Source: Chrysomallon squamiferum (Eukaryota; Animalia; Mollusca). From it: a stretch of DNA of 64,000 nucleotides. Positions 1 through 12,394 of this stretch are shown here, piece after piece. The stretch's first letter is position 1, and each line of letters begins with the position of its first letter. Made by a program: the position numbers and the translations under genes. The stretch is from assembly GCA_012295275.1 (NCBI GenBank), contig CM022669.1, forward strand, positions 186,001 through 250,000. The letters run 5' to 3'. Below the pieces are notes generated by a model. That model worked only from the letters and a program-made list of their open reading frames with translations, made no database searches and was not told the origin of the DNA.

Positions 1-232
1 CATTTCTTAATATTAATTTATCAAATGCACTGATTAACGGATTAAAAGTTCTGTTGCATCCAACTTCATGACAGAAAAGAAACAAAAAACAAAAACGTTT
101 CCAATGTGAAATTTGCCATTTTGACTACATTCATGAATGGGTAGTGAAGAGTTAAAAAAAATCTGATAAATGACATAGAATTGGAAGAAAATTAGAAAAT
201 ATGTTCATTTAATAATATTTTTCTTGTTCCAG

Positions 233-2870
233 GATTGTACATTTTTTACTCGGAAGGAAATATTAAGGTGAGTTTTATCACTTTTGTGATTTATTTAATT
301 AATATTTGGAAATGTGGGAATAAAGTGTCTTATTTCATTGTTACAGTTATTAATAATTGTTTTATATTAACATTACACATACATCCACATACATGCAAAA
401 CAATCTAATACACATAGACAAAGAGGATAGTAGTATAATCTACAAGTCTATAATTATAAAAGAAGCATTTGTTTCTGAAAGGTAGTGTCTATGTGTATAT
501 AAGCTATAAAGCTAATACATTTCTATTTTGTTAAGGGTTTTCCAGCATTACCAGCAACTGGCACCAGATATTATTCCTTTTGATATGACAAGTGATGAAA
601 ATAGTCGACTGAAAATTCCTGCAGATATCATAGAAAACATGCCAGAATTGAAAGTATATCATGCATATTTAATATAGCTATAATAATAAATATTTAATGA
701 CATGAAATAAAATACCAGTAATAGATTATAAGGTGATAGTAAAAAAATATTATAATCAAAAAATTTCTAATGATATGAAATAAATGGTATATTTTACAAG
801 AACATCATGATCATACAATAGCCATACATATGGATCAGAACCTTTACTTTTTCAGTCTTGATTATCCTCACTTTGCAGATCATTTTATTTTTAAGAATGC
901 ATCTTGTACTTTTGCAGATTTAAAGCTACACTAAACAAAAGTGTTTAGATGCACTTTTAGGTTACCATTGTTCATATATTGTGTTTAAAGCTTTTAAACT
1001 TTTCAAATGTATATCATGACAAACATTTAAAATGAGTATAGCTTGTAATAAACTTTAATACTAATTTAAAATAAAGTGATGTTAACACTTTGACAGGAAA
1101 ATCCATTCAGAAAAAGAATATGTAAAGTGTTCTCTGATGATGGAACTGGTGACCTCAGTTTTGATAATTTTCTGGACATGTTCTCTGTGTTTAGTGAGGC
1201 AGCATCAAGAGACATCAAAACAGTCTATGCTTACAGAATATATGGTGTGTTGTAACTTTATTTCAATTTTCTGTTTTATCCAAAGCTCAGTTCATAACAT
1301 GTTTATGTAATACTGTGATATTTGCATTTGTTTCAATAGGAAGGTGCATGTAAAAGATCCCTTTATGCTAATCAACAAGAGTTTTCATCTTAGTTTTCCT
1401 CATTATTATGTTGATATCTATTAAAAGTTACTTTTATTAGTGTTGTTAAACATTATTTACACTGCACAGGTTATTGTATATATCACAGTTTTATTAAAAA
1501 GAAAATATGAAAATCTTAACTCATGTTGTTGCTTATTAGATAAATGAATCCATCCTTTAATCAAAATCTTTTTGTCTGATTTTTCAGCATTGTGAAGAGG
1601 TCCTTTCTGAAAAAAATTAAAAATGTTCTTTACTACATTCTCTTAATAAAATCACTGAGAGAGAAAATTTAATTTCAAATCAATATGATCTTAATATTTT
1701 GCAGAAACTTAGTAACTATAGCATAAAGATAACTGATGTTAATTTTAGATACTTTTTATGTAACAAAATGGCACAAGTCTATCTAGGCCATTATTATTCA
1801 GATACATTGTCTGCTGCTTACTTCCATTAAATTATAACAGAGCAATAAACAAGCTGGAAAAGATTCTGAACAAATTTCCTATGCTGTTATTTAAATTATT
1901 TTCCTTTATTGTTAAAATTAACATTATTATTAATAGTAGTAGTAGTAGTACAGCAGCAGTAGTGGTATTATTATTATAATTAATATATGTTTTTTAATAT
2001 TCAGATTTTGATGATGATAACAGTCTGAATAAAGAAGATTTAGAAAAAACACTTGTGGCTTTAACAGGAGGAGAGCTCAGTGAAGATGAGATTACTTTTG
2101 TTGTTGAAAAGGTGACATAATTAAAAAATGTATATATAGCTTAAAATTATCTGTAAATACTTCACTGCACAACAATAAAATAAAATATCTACTTTGAAAG
2201 CATAATAGGTAAATTTTGACTTCATTTCATTTTATTTTTTTTGTGTATATGTTTGTATGAATAAAATTTACAAACAAATGAAAGAAGAAATATTTACCGG
2301 TAGGCTAATCTCAGAATAATGTATAATACCTAGTAATGTTTTACTTACTTAAGAATTTGAATATGTGTATAATAAATTCATTTCAGGTTTTGGAAGAGGT
2401 TGATCTGGATGATGATGGCAGTTTGTCATACATAGAATTTGAACATGTCATTTCTAGAGCACCTGAATTCCTCAAGTGAGTAAAAACTAAAAGGAAGAGA
2501 AAACAATAAAATATTTATATTGTTCTGTTAAAATTCATTTTAATTGTAAATTTCATTGGAATGTACAGATTAAAGGGATTGTAATTGGATGCTTAGTTTT
2601 CACAGATTTCCTTTTTAATCGCTATACATTTATTCCACATACAAACTACAGGTATGTTAAAATATAATTATGTTTTTCTTTCTTTTTTCACTTTTGATAC
2701 CGTCATTCACTTTCAGTATATAATATTGTTTGAATATTAAATAAATGTTCTATGTTAAAATAAAATTGTTTTTATTTTTCTTATGTAGCTCAATTCTTTC
2801 ATTCCATATCCAGTTAAAATATATAATGTTGTCTTTATTTCTTTTCAGTACGTTCCATATACGAATATGA
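233..2870 (+). CDS. Calcium- and integrin-binding family EF-hand protein (CIB2/CIB3-like), 5'-truncated by the window edge
   Basis: GT-AG exons 233-267, 536-653, 1097-1244, 2005-2111, 2387-2475, 2849-2870 join in frame: [14 protein letters not shown]...MPELKENPFRKRICKVFSDDGTGDLSFDNFLDMFSVFSE...AYRIYDFDDDNSLNKEDL...[45 protein letters not shown], ENPF, two EF-hands and the FHIRI end are CIB2/3 hallmarks; the paralog cannot be assigned. Confidence 0.95.
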
Positions 2871-3640
2871 AAGAACATGAATCATTGATTTTTCATTTAT
2901 AAGAGACATTTTATAGTATACACAGCACATATTATATTTAATTTATATTGTTGATGTTATTTTCTCTGTCATATTCTGTGACATTAGTTCAAACTGTCAT
3001 CAGCTTCCAGTCAGATTAAAATAATATTTCTATCAATTTATTTTAATTTAATGTTTTTGAAATAGTTAAATTTAAATATCTGTATACCAATGTTTATATG
3101 AAATTACAAAATTTAAAATATAGCTATATAACATTATTTATGGATAGTCGTGCAATATAGGCCTTAACACAAGTTGGTGCAGTGATTTTGTGCTTTTAAA
3201 GCCATGTTTTAGTGACAAATTAGTATTTTTGAATTTACATTCACATTTGAAAGAAATATTTCATTTACAAACATCCTAGTGATATTCCATTCCATTTAAT
3301 ACATTTTTTTATTTTTATTATTATTATTTATATATATATATTGTTGGAGGTCATAATTAATATTTTGTTATGTATGATATTATGACCTACAACAATATAT
3401 AAAGGGTCAATCCAAGAGTACATTGTGTATATCTTGTCCCCCTGCAAATATTTTATTGTTGCATTTTATATCTTTTATTAAATATGTGATAATTGTTTTA
3501 AGTTAGTAACATTCCATTTATACAGTATTATTGTTGTTTATTATTTACATTGTATTTGAATATTAACTTGTGTAAATACATTTATGTGTGTGTGTGTGTG
3601 CATGTGTACACACACAAACACACACACACACACACACACA

Positions 3641-4063
3641 CAGGGTGTCCCATAAAATGCCATACATAGGAGAAATAAATGTTTTTATATGAAAAACCAT
3701 TTTTATTTAAATAATATGTTCTACATGACTGCCATTATGTTGAAAACACATTTCAATGTGTGTCCTTCACTGCTGATGAACACATTCAAGTACAGCTGCA
3801 GTTATGCTTGTAATGGCGTTGGTTATACGTTGCTTGAGATGATTTATGTTTTGTATCTTTTCCTTATACACCATGGCCTTCAAATGCCCCCAGAGGTTAA
3901 AAACAAGTGGTAAGGTCTGGGGATCTGCGAGGCCATTCCACTGGACCACGCTGACCAATCCATGCACCTGGAAACTGCTGATGTAAGCTCTGATGTACGT
4001 GAATACCAAATGAAAAAGTACAATGTTAAAAACCATATGTATGGAAACTTATGGGATACTCTG
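3641..4063 (-). mobile_element. Internally deleted, degenerate Tc1/mariner element (rosa/DD41D-like)
   Basis: TIRs CAGGGTGTCCCATAAAATGCCATACATA (3641) and reverse complement CAGAGTATCCCATAAGTTTCCATACATA (ends 4063, then TA). The minus strand carries a transposase C-terminus (LWGHLKAMVYKEKIQNINHLKQRITNAI...HNGSHVEHII) with a stop and frameshifts. Flanked by (CA)n and (GA)n tracts. Confidence 0.85.
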
Positions 4064-6529
4064 TATGTGTGTGGGGGGGAGAGAGAGAGAGAGATTGTTG
4101 TAAATTCTAACATTTTATAAATGGTTATTTTAAAACATACATTTTTTAATTAAAAAAAAAGAGTAAATCTATCACATGAAATATTTAAATTATTGTTTTT
4201 ATTGTATACCAAATTTTTATTTTACAGTAAATTTTAATACTGTCAGAACATTTAGAATTAAGTTTGTATGACATTATTTAAAATAATTTATATTATTTTA
4301 ACATAGACTAGTAAATTGTATTATTTTATCAAATGAGAAAATCATTGTTACACACTGTAATTATTTTAGTTTTCATCATAACATTTAATAGTTAACATAA
4401 CACTTTACTGTCTGAGATTTTCATCATAATATAATAAAATACACCTGCAGTACTTAATCTTCTAGATGTTGGTAAATAATTTTTCTTTTTAATTTTAAAT
4501 AATTCATTGACCTTGAATGAAATAAAATAAAATTAGTTACATACTAGTACTTAGAAATAGTAATTCATATACATAGAAATGTTCAAAATGAAAACTAAGT
4601 TCAATAATGAATCACTTTCTGTTTTTAAATCTATTTATATAGTTATTATTATTATTATCCTAAGTACATGGTATGATAGTTACAATAGCAATTAACTCAT
4701 AAAAAAAATACTCCAAACGGATAACAATAACATGTTTGTATACAAAAGCCAGTAAATTTAAATGTATTTTATATGTTGCAGCAAAAGTATATATAAATTA
4801 TACACAAACCATATGAGTTTATTTTATTTTTGAATTAATACTTTTTTACATGGACTGATTATATCTAAACATAGGTTTGTGTTTGTGTATTGATTCTGCA
4901 AGAATCTGCTGCATTCGTCCAAGTCAAGGGTGATGGCAGAAACAAGCTGATGCTGTAACTCTTAACCGTGCCATGTATTCTCTTTGTACTTAAGTTCCTG
5001 TTCAAGAGCATTCTAGATGACAGAGAAGATTGGATGTTAGCTGATTCAGCAGCTAGGTCAGTGAAATGAATGAGGAGACAGTTTCATGTCGTTAATCTTG
5101 TTGACATGATCTCTTTGTATGTAGGTCGGCAGTTTCTGGATGATGGCCTGTGGAAAATGATTAAGAACTTCATACTCAGGTTTTTTTTAAAGCATGGCTG
5201 TTAACAATAGGCACTTTGTAATGGTCAGTCCTGAAATGGATGTATGTTGTAGAGCTTGTCTTAGAATGATGATATGATTCATCCATCTGATCAGATGTCT
5301 CTGCTATTTGTATCCAAGTGTCACACACAGTCTATTCATTCATTGTTGTTTTGGGTTTTCTGTTGTGTGCTTTTTAACATTTTTATATTTCTCTCTATAA
5401 CTTACACAGAAAATGTTATGTTAATTTGTTATTATATATGATTATTAAAATCTGGAAGGAATTCTGTTATGCTACAACATAGATGAAGAATGCATTAACA
5501 AATTAATAATCTGTATATTTGCAAACAGTTTTATGCTAACTCATCACAAAAGAATTAGAGTACTATCAGAAATATTAATTCTTTTGAAATATATATTGTT
5601 TTTTTCCTGCCAGAAAGTAATATTTAAAAGAAACTTCAAAGAATGATTTGTTGTTGAAATAGCAATGCTGTATGAAATATTTAAATCTTTAAATATATTT
5701 TATTTTACACTTTTGTTTCTTAAACTACTTAGTTATCATGAGAAATTTTTATAAAATAATATTAATATTTCTTAATGTCATTAAATTATTTATTTTACTA
5801 TTATTACATTAGGAAGCAGATGGTTAAACATTGTACAAAAGGTGCAAAATCAGAGGTTTTTAACCTTTTAACATTATGAATATTTTTTTGTTCTGTGATT
5901 GTATTCGAAAGTTCTGTTTAAGTAACAAAAAATTAAAATAGATATAAATTTTAAAATTTTCACTGCTGATACCTAATTACATGAATGTAGTTTTACACTT
6001 ATTTGTTCTTTATGTATTTAGAGGATTGGATTGAGACTGTGTATTTTACAGGATTAGTCATTAACTGACCTGTTTCCCACTGCTGAATGATTGAAAGATT
6101 TGTCTGAAAAGATCCATGCTACTACTGAATGAAAATAGCTCTTGATACCATAGCATTTATCATCATTTATATATAAATATAATAACAGTTAATAATTATT
6201 TTTTTTTAAAGCAGTTATTTCACTTTTTGAGTCAGTTTTTAATTTTGTTATTGTTGATATTTAAATAAAATAAAAATGAGAGAGAGCAACAAATCTACAT
6301 ACAATTTCAGAATTATGCTTTTAAAATAAGCTGTTGTTTTTCGCTTTTATTTCAATTATGATCTCAACATTTTTCCTTTATAATTAATTTGACTTTTCTG
6401 GAGTTATTTTAAACACAAAAAAATAAATAGTAATATTAACAATAGCAAATAAAATAATGAAATACTAAAATAAAAATGTAATTATTTGTTGTTGATTACC
6501 TTTATTATTACTAATAATTTGTTTGCACA

Positions 6530-6692
6530 AAAATGCGGTTCCATAGTGTTCGGCGAAGAACGAAGAATCGTTAAGCCCATGACGCGTACGTCATACCGTT
6601 GTGACGTACAAGTGATTGTCATGTATTACTCGTAATAATGCGTTCATTTGCAATGGTGTTTGTTTTGTTGTCTTTGGTATTTCTTCTTGGGG
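6530..6692 (+). promoter_or_regulatory. Putative promoter and first non-coding exon of the 7325-8656 gene
   Basis: Local CpG enrichment; near-palindrome ATGACGCGTACGTCAT (6579-6594) and GTGACGTA (6601) carry CRE-type TGACG half-sites; strong donor GGG|GTAAGT near 6693; acceptor TTTCAG near 7286, just upstream of the ATG. Confidence 0.5.
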
Positions 6693-6800
6693 GTAAGTAA
6701 CTACAATTTTTGCATATTCAAATTCATGATGAGCTTTTCTTAACGTGAATCGAATCGTCACATGTCGCTGTATTAATCTTTTGGATGCTCTTTATAGGAT

Positions 6801-7063
6801 CAGGGCCGGATTTCCTATATAGGCTTTCTAGGCTAGTGCCTAGGGCGGCAATTTATGTTACATAAATTCGTATTTTCACATTTGATTTATAAATAAATCA
6901 TTATGTAAGTCTAAAACCATGTTTTTACTTTCAACTAAATCATAAGTTATACCATTCATATTATATAAACTAAGTGGGAAGGGCGAGAGGGACTTGAGCC
7001 TTGAGGAGGAGGCGGTAAAATTTCTTTAGCCAATGGGCGGCAAGTACATTAAATCCAACCCTG
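6801..7063. mobile_element. hAT-like MITE (~263 bp)
   Basis: Termini CAGGGCCGGATTT ... AAATCCAACCCTG; subterminal GGGCGGCAA at both ends; flanking 8-mers TATAGGAT / ACCAGGAT resemble a decayed 8-bp TSD. Confidence 0.65.
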
Positions 7064-7324
7064 ACCAGGATGACTTTTTATTGGCATAATTCCACGACTG
7101 ATTTATTAATACCCACACAGGAAGCTCCAAATTTTAAATCACTGATTAGGTGATGTTTACCGGCTTTTCTCTCTCCCCATCTTCATAATCCAAATAATTC
7201 TGTACATAAAAAAAAAAAAAAAAAAATATTTTAAAAAAAACTTCACGGATTTACCATACTCAGATAATTATTATTATTAATTTCAGAGTGCAGATCCACT
7301 GTACGTTGTAATACAAACATCCAA

Positions 7325-8656
7325 ATGTCAGCAAAGGAAATATATCACACGATAAAATCCGCATTAATTTCGATACAACTGAAGGTGAAGACGGCAATTC
7401 TAACTGTTGTTAAAAAGTCGAAATTGTTTTCATTGTGGAAGGACTATCCGCAGAAAAAACAATTACTGAAAACGGATAACAGAATTAATCAGCTGCCTTC
7501 TGTACGCAGGATAAAAAAAAAGAATCATCTGTTTAGTCAAATACAGGTAACGGATCATGTTATCACTGGCAGAAATCCACTACTACTTTCCATACGTCCC
7601 GTCGAAAAGAAGAATCATTTGATTAGAAAAATTTCTGACAAAGATCAACAGTTGCCTTGTGATCATGCTCAGGAAAATAAGAAAATACTCGAAAAGAAAA
7701 TCCAAACTGATGACGAAAATCGACAGGTGCCGTCTATACTTACAGAGCAAATACCATATTTTTTCATGAAGCAGATATTGGTATCGGAGCTTCTTGGCAA
7801 TAACAAAACTGAAGAGTTACGTTCGATACAAACAGAACTTGACAACAGAACGTCAAACTTTCCTTCTCCGCGTTGGAAATCAAAAAGGTATAATTCGATA
7901 CAACAGAAAATGAACTCGGAAATAATAATCGAAATTAAAAAAACAAACCTGGTGTTCCCTCGCGGAGAGGCAAGGAACCATCTTCCCAAAAATCACATAG
8001 CAGATTCTGAACATCCATTCTATAATAAAAATGTGCAGTTTCTTTCAATCCGTGCGGTGGCAAAAGGCCATCATTCCATAAAGCGAAAAGGAAATCCTAT
8101 ATCTGAAAACAAAGAAAAACATTTTGAAAAATACCGCACGATTCGTAGCATCAAGAAAGGAAATTTACGGATTCCACGTGACATAGCCTTTGGAATGGAA
8201 CAACTGGCCAATCAGGAATGGGAACTGAATTATACTACCCTAGCACCAGAAGTTGTAAATGGTTCCAATCTTATCCACACTTTTGAAGTTATCTCGCAAG
8301 AAGAAATTCTTCGAGCGAAACATCTTTACATCAAGAAAATTTTGTTATACGTAGGGATAACCTTGGCTGCGGTCCTGGCATTTACAGTAATTGGAATATT
8401 TTTTATAACAGATCCTAAATCGTGCATCCTTGCCTTCGCAACCGGATGCCCGTGTTGCCTGATTATCTCTCCGTGCTGCGTTAGTGGCCTGGCCCAATTT
8501 CTGAACCCTGGACAGGTAGTTCGTGACCAAATGAACACCTACCTGCCCGGCATGATCATAGACAGAGATGGCAACATCGAACTATACGAAATCACGCCAG
8601 GCGAAATGGAGGCAGTGCAGGTTTTGATCACAGATGTTATCGACTTTGCCCAGTAG
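7325..8656 (+). CDS. Uncharacterised 443-aa protein: basic repetitive N-terminus, C-terminal transmembrane segment and Cys-rich motif; single coding exon
   Basis: 1.3-kb stop-free ORF in very AT-rich DNA; upstream splice acceptor; hydrophobic stretch ILLYVGITLAAVLAFTVIGIFFI followed by DPKSCILAFATGCPCCLIISPCC. I recognise no family. Confidence 0.8.
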   Translation: MSAKEIYHTIKSALISIQLKVKTAILTVVKKSKLFSLWKDYPQKKQLLKTDNRINQLPSVRRIKKKNHLFSQIQVTDHVITGRNPLLLSIRPVEKKNHLIRKISDKDQQLPCDHAQENKKILEKKIQTDDENRQVPSILTEQIPYFFMKQILVSELLGNNKTEELRSIQTELDNRTSNFPSPRWKSKRYNSIQQKMNSEIIIEIKKTNLVFPRGEARNHLPKNHIADSEHPFYNKNVQFLSIRAVAKGHHSIKRKGNPISENKEKHFEKYRTIRSIKKGNLRIPRDIAFGMEQLANQEWELNYTTLAPEVVNGSNLIHTFEVISQEEILRAKHLYIKKILLYVGITLAAVLAFTVIGIFFITDPKSCILAFATGCPCCLIISPCCVSGLAQFLNPGQVVRDQMNTYLPGMIIDRDGNIELYEITPGEMEAVQVLITDVIDFAQ

Positions 8657-9078
8657 AGTAGAGATGCATCCGAAGGTGGTTGATTTATTATTTATTATTC
8701 ATTCATGTATTATTATTATTATTAAATTAAAAATTATTTACGTATCCGTTTCTTTCTGTCACGTGATATAATTACACATGTATTTACCAAACCAACGTAA
8801 TTAAAATGTCACGTTAAAATAATGTAATTTATTTCATTATTATTGATTTAAGTATGGAGATGTCTTAGTACATTAAATGTAAATGGTAAATATATGTGTA
8901 CAACACATTGATACAACAGAAATTATTCAATGTAATACAAGTATCTTTCTTATTATTTATTTTTGAATTATTAATTGTATGCTTGATTTTACCATGTGAT
9001 ATTTATTGATTTTCATTCTTTGATTTTTTGTATTTCTGAATAAACTTTTGATTAAAGAAACAACTCCCACTTTGACAC

Positions 9079-9080
<2 letters not shown>

Positions 9081-9130
<50 letters not shown>
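9081..9130. repeat. (AG)n microsatellite
   Basis: Perfect AG run. Confidence 0.95.
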
Positions 9131-9133
<3 letters not shown>

Positions 9134-9249
9134 AAAGGAAAATAATTATTATTAACAAATATTAATTACAAAAGTATTGCTAAATTAATTAATGCAAATA
9201 AATAAATAAACTATAGTTTTCTTCGTTTTCAATGGCTGTTAGACTGATA

Positions 9250-9783
9250 TTAAACAACTTGTTGTGTATGTATGTGTGTGTATTTTTTTTAATTATTATT
9301 ATTATTATTTATTTATTTATTTTTAATTTTTGATTTTTTAAATTTAATTTTTAATGTTCATATATAGGTTAATATTATATCAAAAATTAAAACAAAAGTT
9401 CAGATTAAATTTTCTTCCCATGAAATATTTTCTGGGAATAATTCTGAAGTAATAATAATTCTAAAATTCTTGGTCTTTCCATGTTATTCCAGAAAAATCA
9501 TAATTAAATAAATTTGAACTAGTATGCGAATTAAACAACTTGGGTGTGTATGTATGTGTGTGTATTTTTTTTTATTATTATTATTATTTATTTATTCATT
9601 TTTATTATTTATTTATTTTTTTTTTATTTAATTTTTAATGTTCATGTATAAGTTAATACTGTATTAAAATTGAAAACAAAAGTTCAGATTAAATTTTTTT
9701 CCCATGAATAAAATTCTAAAATATTTGACCTTTCCACATTATTGCAGAAAAATCATAAATTTAAGAAATGAAATTTGAACTAG
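9250..9783. repeat. Diverged tandem duplication, two ~270-bp units
   Basis: Both units (about 9250-9522 and 9531-9783) run from TTAAACAACTTG...TGTATGTATGTGTGTGTA through CAAAAGTTCAGATTAAATTTT and CAGAAAAATCATAA to AAATTTGAACTAG. Confidence 0.85.
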
Positions 9784-10927
9784 AACATTAATTTAAAAAA
9801 AAAAAAAAAAAATGAAATGTCTAACAATTTATATATAAATGGAATTTCTAAGAATAAAATAAATGTAATGTAAAAAAGAGAAAAAGTAAATTGAAAAACA
9901 CCTATATTCAATAACAGAAAGGAACTTCTATGAAATAAAGGTTTTTGTCATCAGAATGGGAAAATGCCCAATATATGTATTAAGAAAGAATGATCTTTTA
10001 ATAAATTCTTCATCTGTCATCATATAACTTGGATTATAAATACTCATAAACATTACATTCACGTAATAACATGAAATTAAATGACTACATTTGTCTAAGT
10101 TATTTAAAACAAATGAAAAACATAACCAATAAAAATATTAATATCAGATGAGACTTTTATTATATAAGAACTGATGGTAATATTGTTACTACAGCTTCAA
10201 AATAAATCATGGCCGTATTATGTGCAATTTATATTAACTGATAAATGGACACATAAATTATATTAAGAATTGTTATGACTGGTACAAAATAATTGTGAAA
10301 AAACTATATACAATTATATTTTCAATTATTTATATAAAATACTGCTAGGTTCCTGCCCTTTGGAATCATCATTATTTTCATTCTTTATTTTGGGTATATC
10401 TTATATAAGATGACATTTTCATGTTTTTATGTCATGTTATTCACTATGTACATTAATAACAACTCTTTGTAATTCAATCTATTCACTTTTCAGTTACAAT
10501 TTATTCTTCAGTTATTTGATTCTGATAATTGCTTTGATTTTGCTGCTGAAAACTCCCAGGAATAAATATAATTATTAACAATTTTTCACAAATTCAATTT
10601 GAAATTTTTGATTGAGTTAAATATCATATACATTTAAAAATACACAAAATTTGAGTTCTTACTACAAAATGTCATGTATTATAAAAGATAAAGAGAAAAA
10701 TGCTAAAAAAAAGAAAAAAACATGTTAGAAATTATAATAATTATAGGGAAATATAAATGTAATTCGTTCTTGTAAATTTTAATAAATATTTAAATTAACT
10801 GTAGAATTTTCTGATTCTAATGACACAGACACATATATTTTACACTTTGGTTTGTTTGATAGGGAAAAAGAAAAAACTATTTTCATTCCTGTTAAACCAA
10901 TATTGACTATATAAATTATTTATATGA

Positions 10928-12394
10928 TCACAAAGACAGGTCATTCCTAATGGATAAACCCCTAGATGTTATGGCAGCACTGACAGCAAATTGCAAAACA
11001 TCATCTGAAGCATGCTCTGATGCATCACTTAAAACATGTTCTTCACCATTATCATCATTCTCTGTCAGACACTCAACAGTAATCTTTTCTTCATTAACTA
11101 TTGGCTTTAGCTGTTGAGAAAAAGATTTTTCATTGGTTGGTAGGTTATTTACTCTTACTTCACATTCTGTGGTTGGTCTATAGATTCTTGTAGCACTTTC
11201 CAAAGACAGTTCAAACACTTGTTCTGAAGCCCCTGTAATCTGGGAAATCAGTGGATGTATTCTGTCATTGTGGTCATTGTTATCTCTAAGCCACAGTCCT
11301 CGGAAACGAATTGCTTCATTTACTCCTTCATCCTCTAGGAACAATCTGTTCCAGTCACTGGTGCTGACCTCTGGAGTGAGACCCATCTCTTCAAGTGTTT
11401 TATTGATAGCATTGTCAACAATGGCTTTGGCTGTGTGCTGACTTTGCCAGTGACACAGGAAAGTATCTTCCTCTGAAGGACTATGAGGACTGGAAACATC
11501 TACAGTTGGAACATTTGAATCTAGTCTAATACTAACATGCTCATGGCTAGGCATATCAAAACTGCAAGCAGTCAAATCATCTTTTACCAGGAAACTATGA
11601 AAAGAATTACCTGGTTTTTGAATTCTGTATGATAAAGTTTCACCCTGTCTGTTGGAATGCACCATGTTCATAAGATTCAACTTTTTTGCCTGGATATCCA
11701 CTTTAGTTTGAATCAAGTCCATGAAATTTGAATTAGAAGACTCTATTGCCATTATGTTTTCTGTCTGGTCACAATGGGTACCAGCATTATCATCAACAAT
11801 AACAGTGGAGCACCCTGCTTCAGATAATTTAGAATTATCTGTACCTTTTAAAACTGAATTATCTGAAACTGTCTGTTTTGTGGATACATCACTACTGTTT
11901 ACATGACTTTGGAAACTACACCCAGCAATGCCTGGCAAAATAGAATTATGTGTAGTTTCATATGGTGGAATCTTTATGAACTCTGAACAGATAGTCCCCA
12001 TTTTTGAATAACCTTGCACCATTTCCTGGCTTAGCTGGTGTGATTTTATAATAGATGCATCTCCATCAGAATCAGATAGTCTATCATCAATAGCTATGCT
12101 GTGATTTCTGGAATAGTACTTAGTGTCTGAAACACTTTGCTTCATACACTGTCTCTCATTCTCTTTCATTTTACCTGATGACTCCAACAAAGTCGCAGCA
12201 ACATTTTCTGCTTGAACATGTCTTAAACTATTTCCCTTAGTGATGTCGGAGCACTGTTTTAACGATGCCTCATTATTTCTGTTTCTCTTTTGACCTTTAA
12301 CTTGCCAATGATACCTGGCCTTCTTTAAGGGAGGTTCTAAATACATATCAGGTTCAGCATTTGGAATATTTTCTTCCATTTCTTTTTCTTCCAT
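10928..12394 (-). CDS. Uncharacterised 488-aa protein, single coding exon, with an NLS-like motif and repeated helical AIxxxGL motifs
   Basis: Long ORF; minus-strand acceptor at ~12491 and donor at ~12561 indicate 5'UTR introns. Motifs PPLKKARYHWQVKG, WQSQHTAKAIVDNAINKTLEEMGL, EDEGVNEAIRFRGL, DVLQFAVSAAITSRGL in an otherwise low-complexity sequence. Confidence 0.85.
   Translation of the reverse strand: MEEKEMEENIPNAEPDMYLEPPLKKARYHWQVKGQKRNRNNEASLKQCSDITKGNSLRHVQAENVAATLLESSGKMKENERQCMKQSVSDTKYYSRNHSIAIDDRLSDSDGDASIIKSHQLSQEMVQGYSKMGTICSEFIKIPPYETTHNSILPGIAGCSFQSHVNSSDVSTKQTVSDNSVLKGTDNSKLSEAGCSTVIVDDNAGTHCDQTENIMAIESSNSNFMDLIQTKVDIQAKKLNLMNMVHSNRQGETLSYRIQKPGNSFHSFLVKDDLTACSFDMPSHEHVSIRLDSNVPTVDVSSPHSPSEEDTFLCHWQSQHTAKAIVDNAINKTLEEMGLTPEVSTSDWNRLFLEDEGVNEAIRFRGLWLRDNNDHNDRIHPLISQITGASEQVFELSLESATRIYRPTTECEVRVNNLPTNEKSFSQQLKPIVNEEKITVECLTENDDNGEEHVLSDASEHASDDVLQFAVSAAITSRGLSIRNDLSL

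Noticed and set aside
1-155. End of a TTAA-flanked MITE (GGGTAGTGAAGAG|TTAA)
   Set aside because: The partner terminus would lie outside the window, so it cannot be supported.
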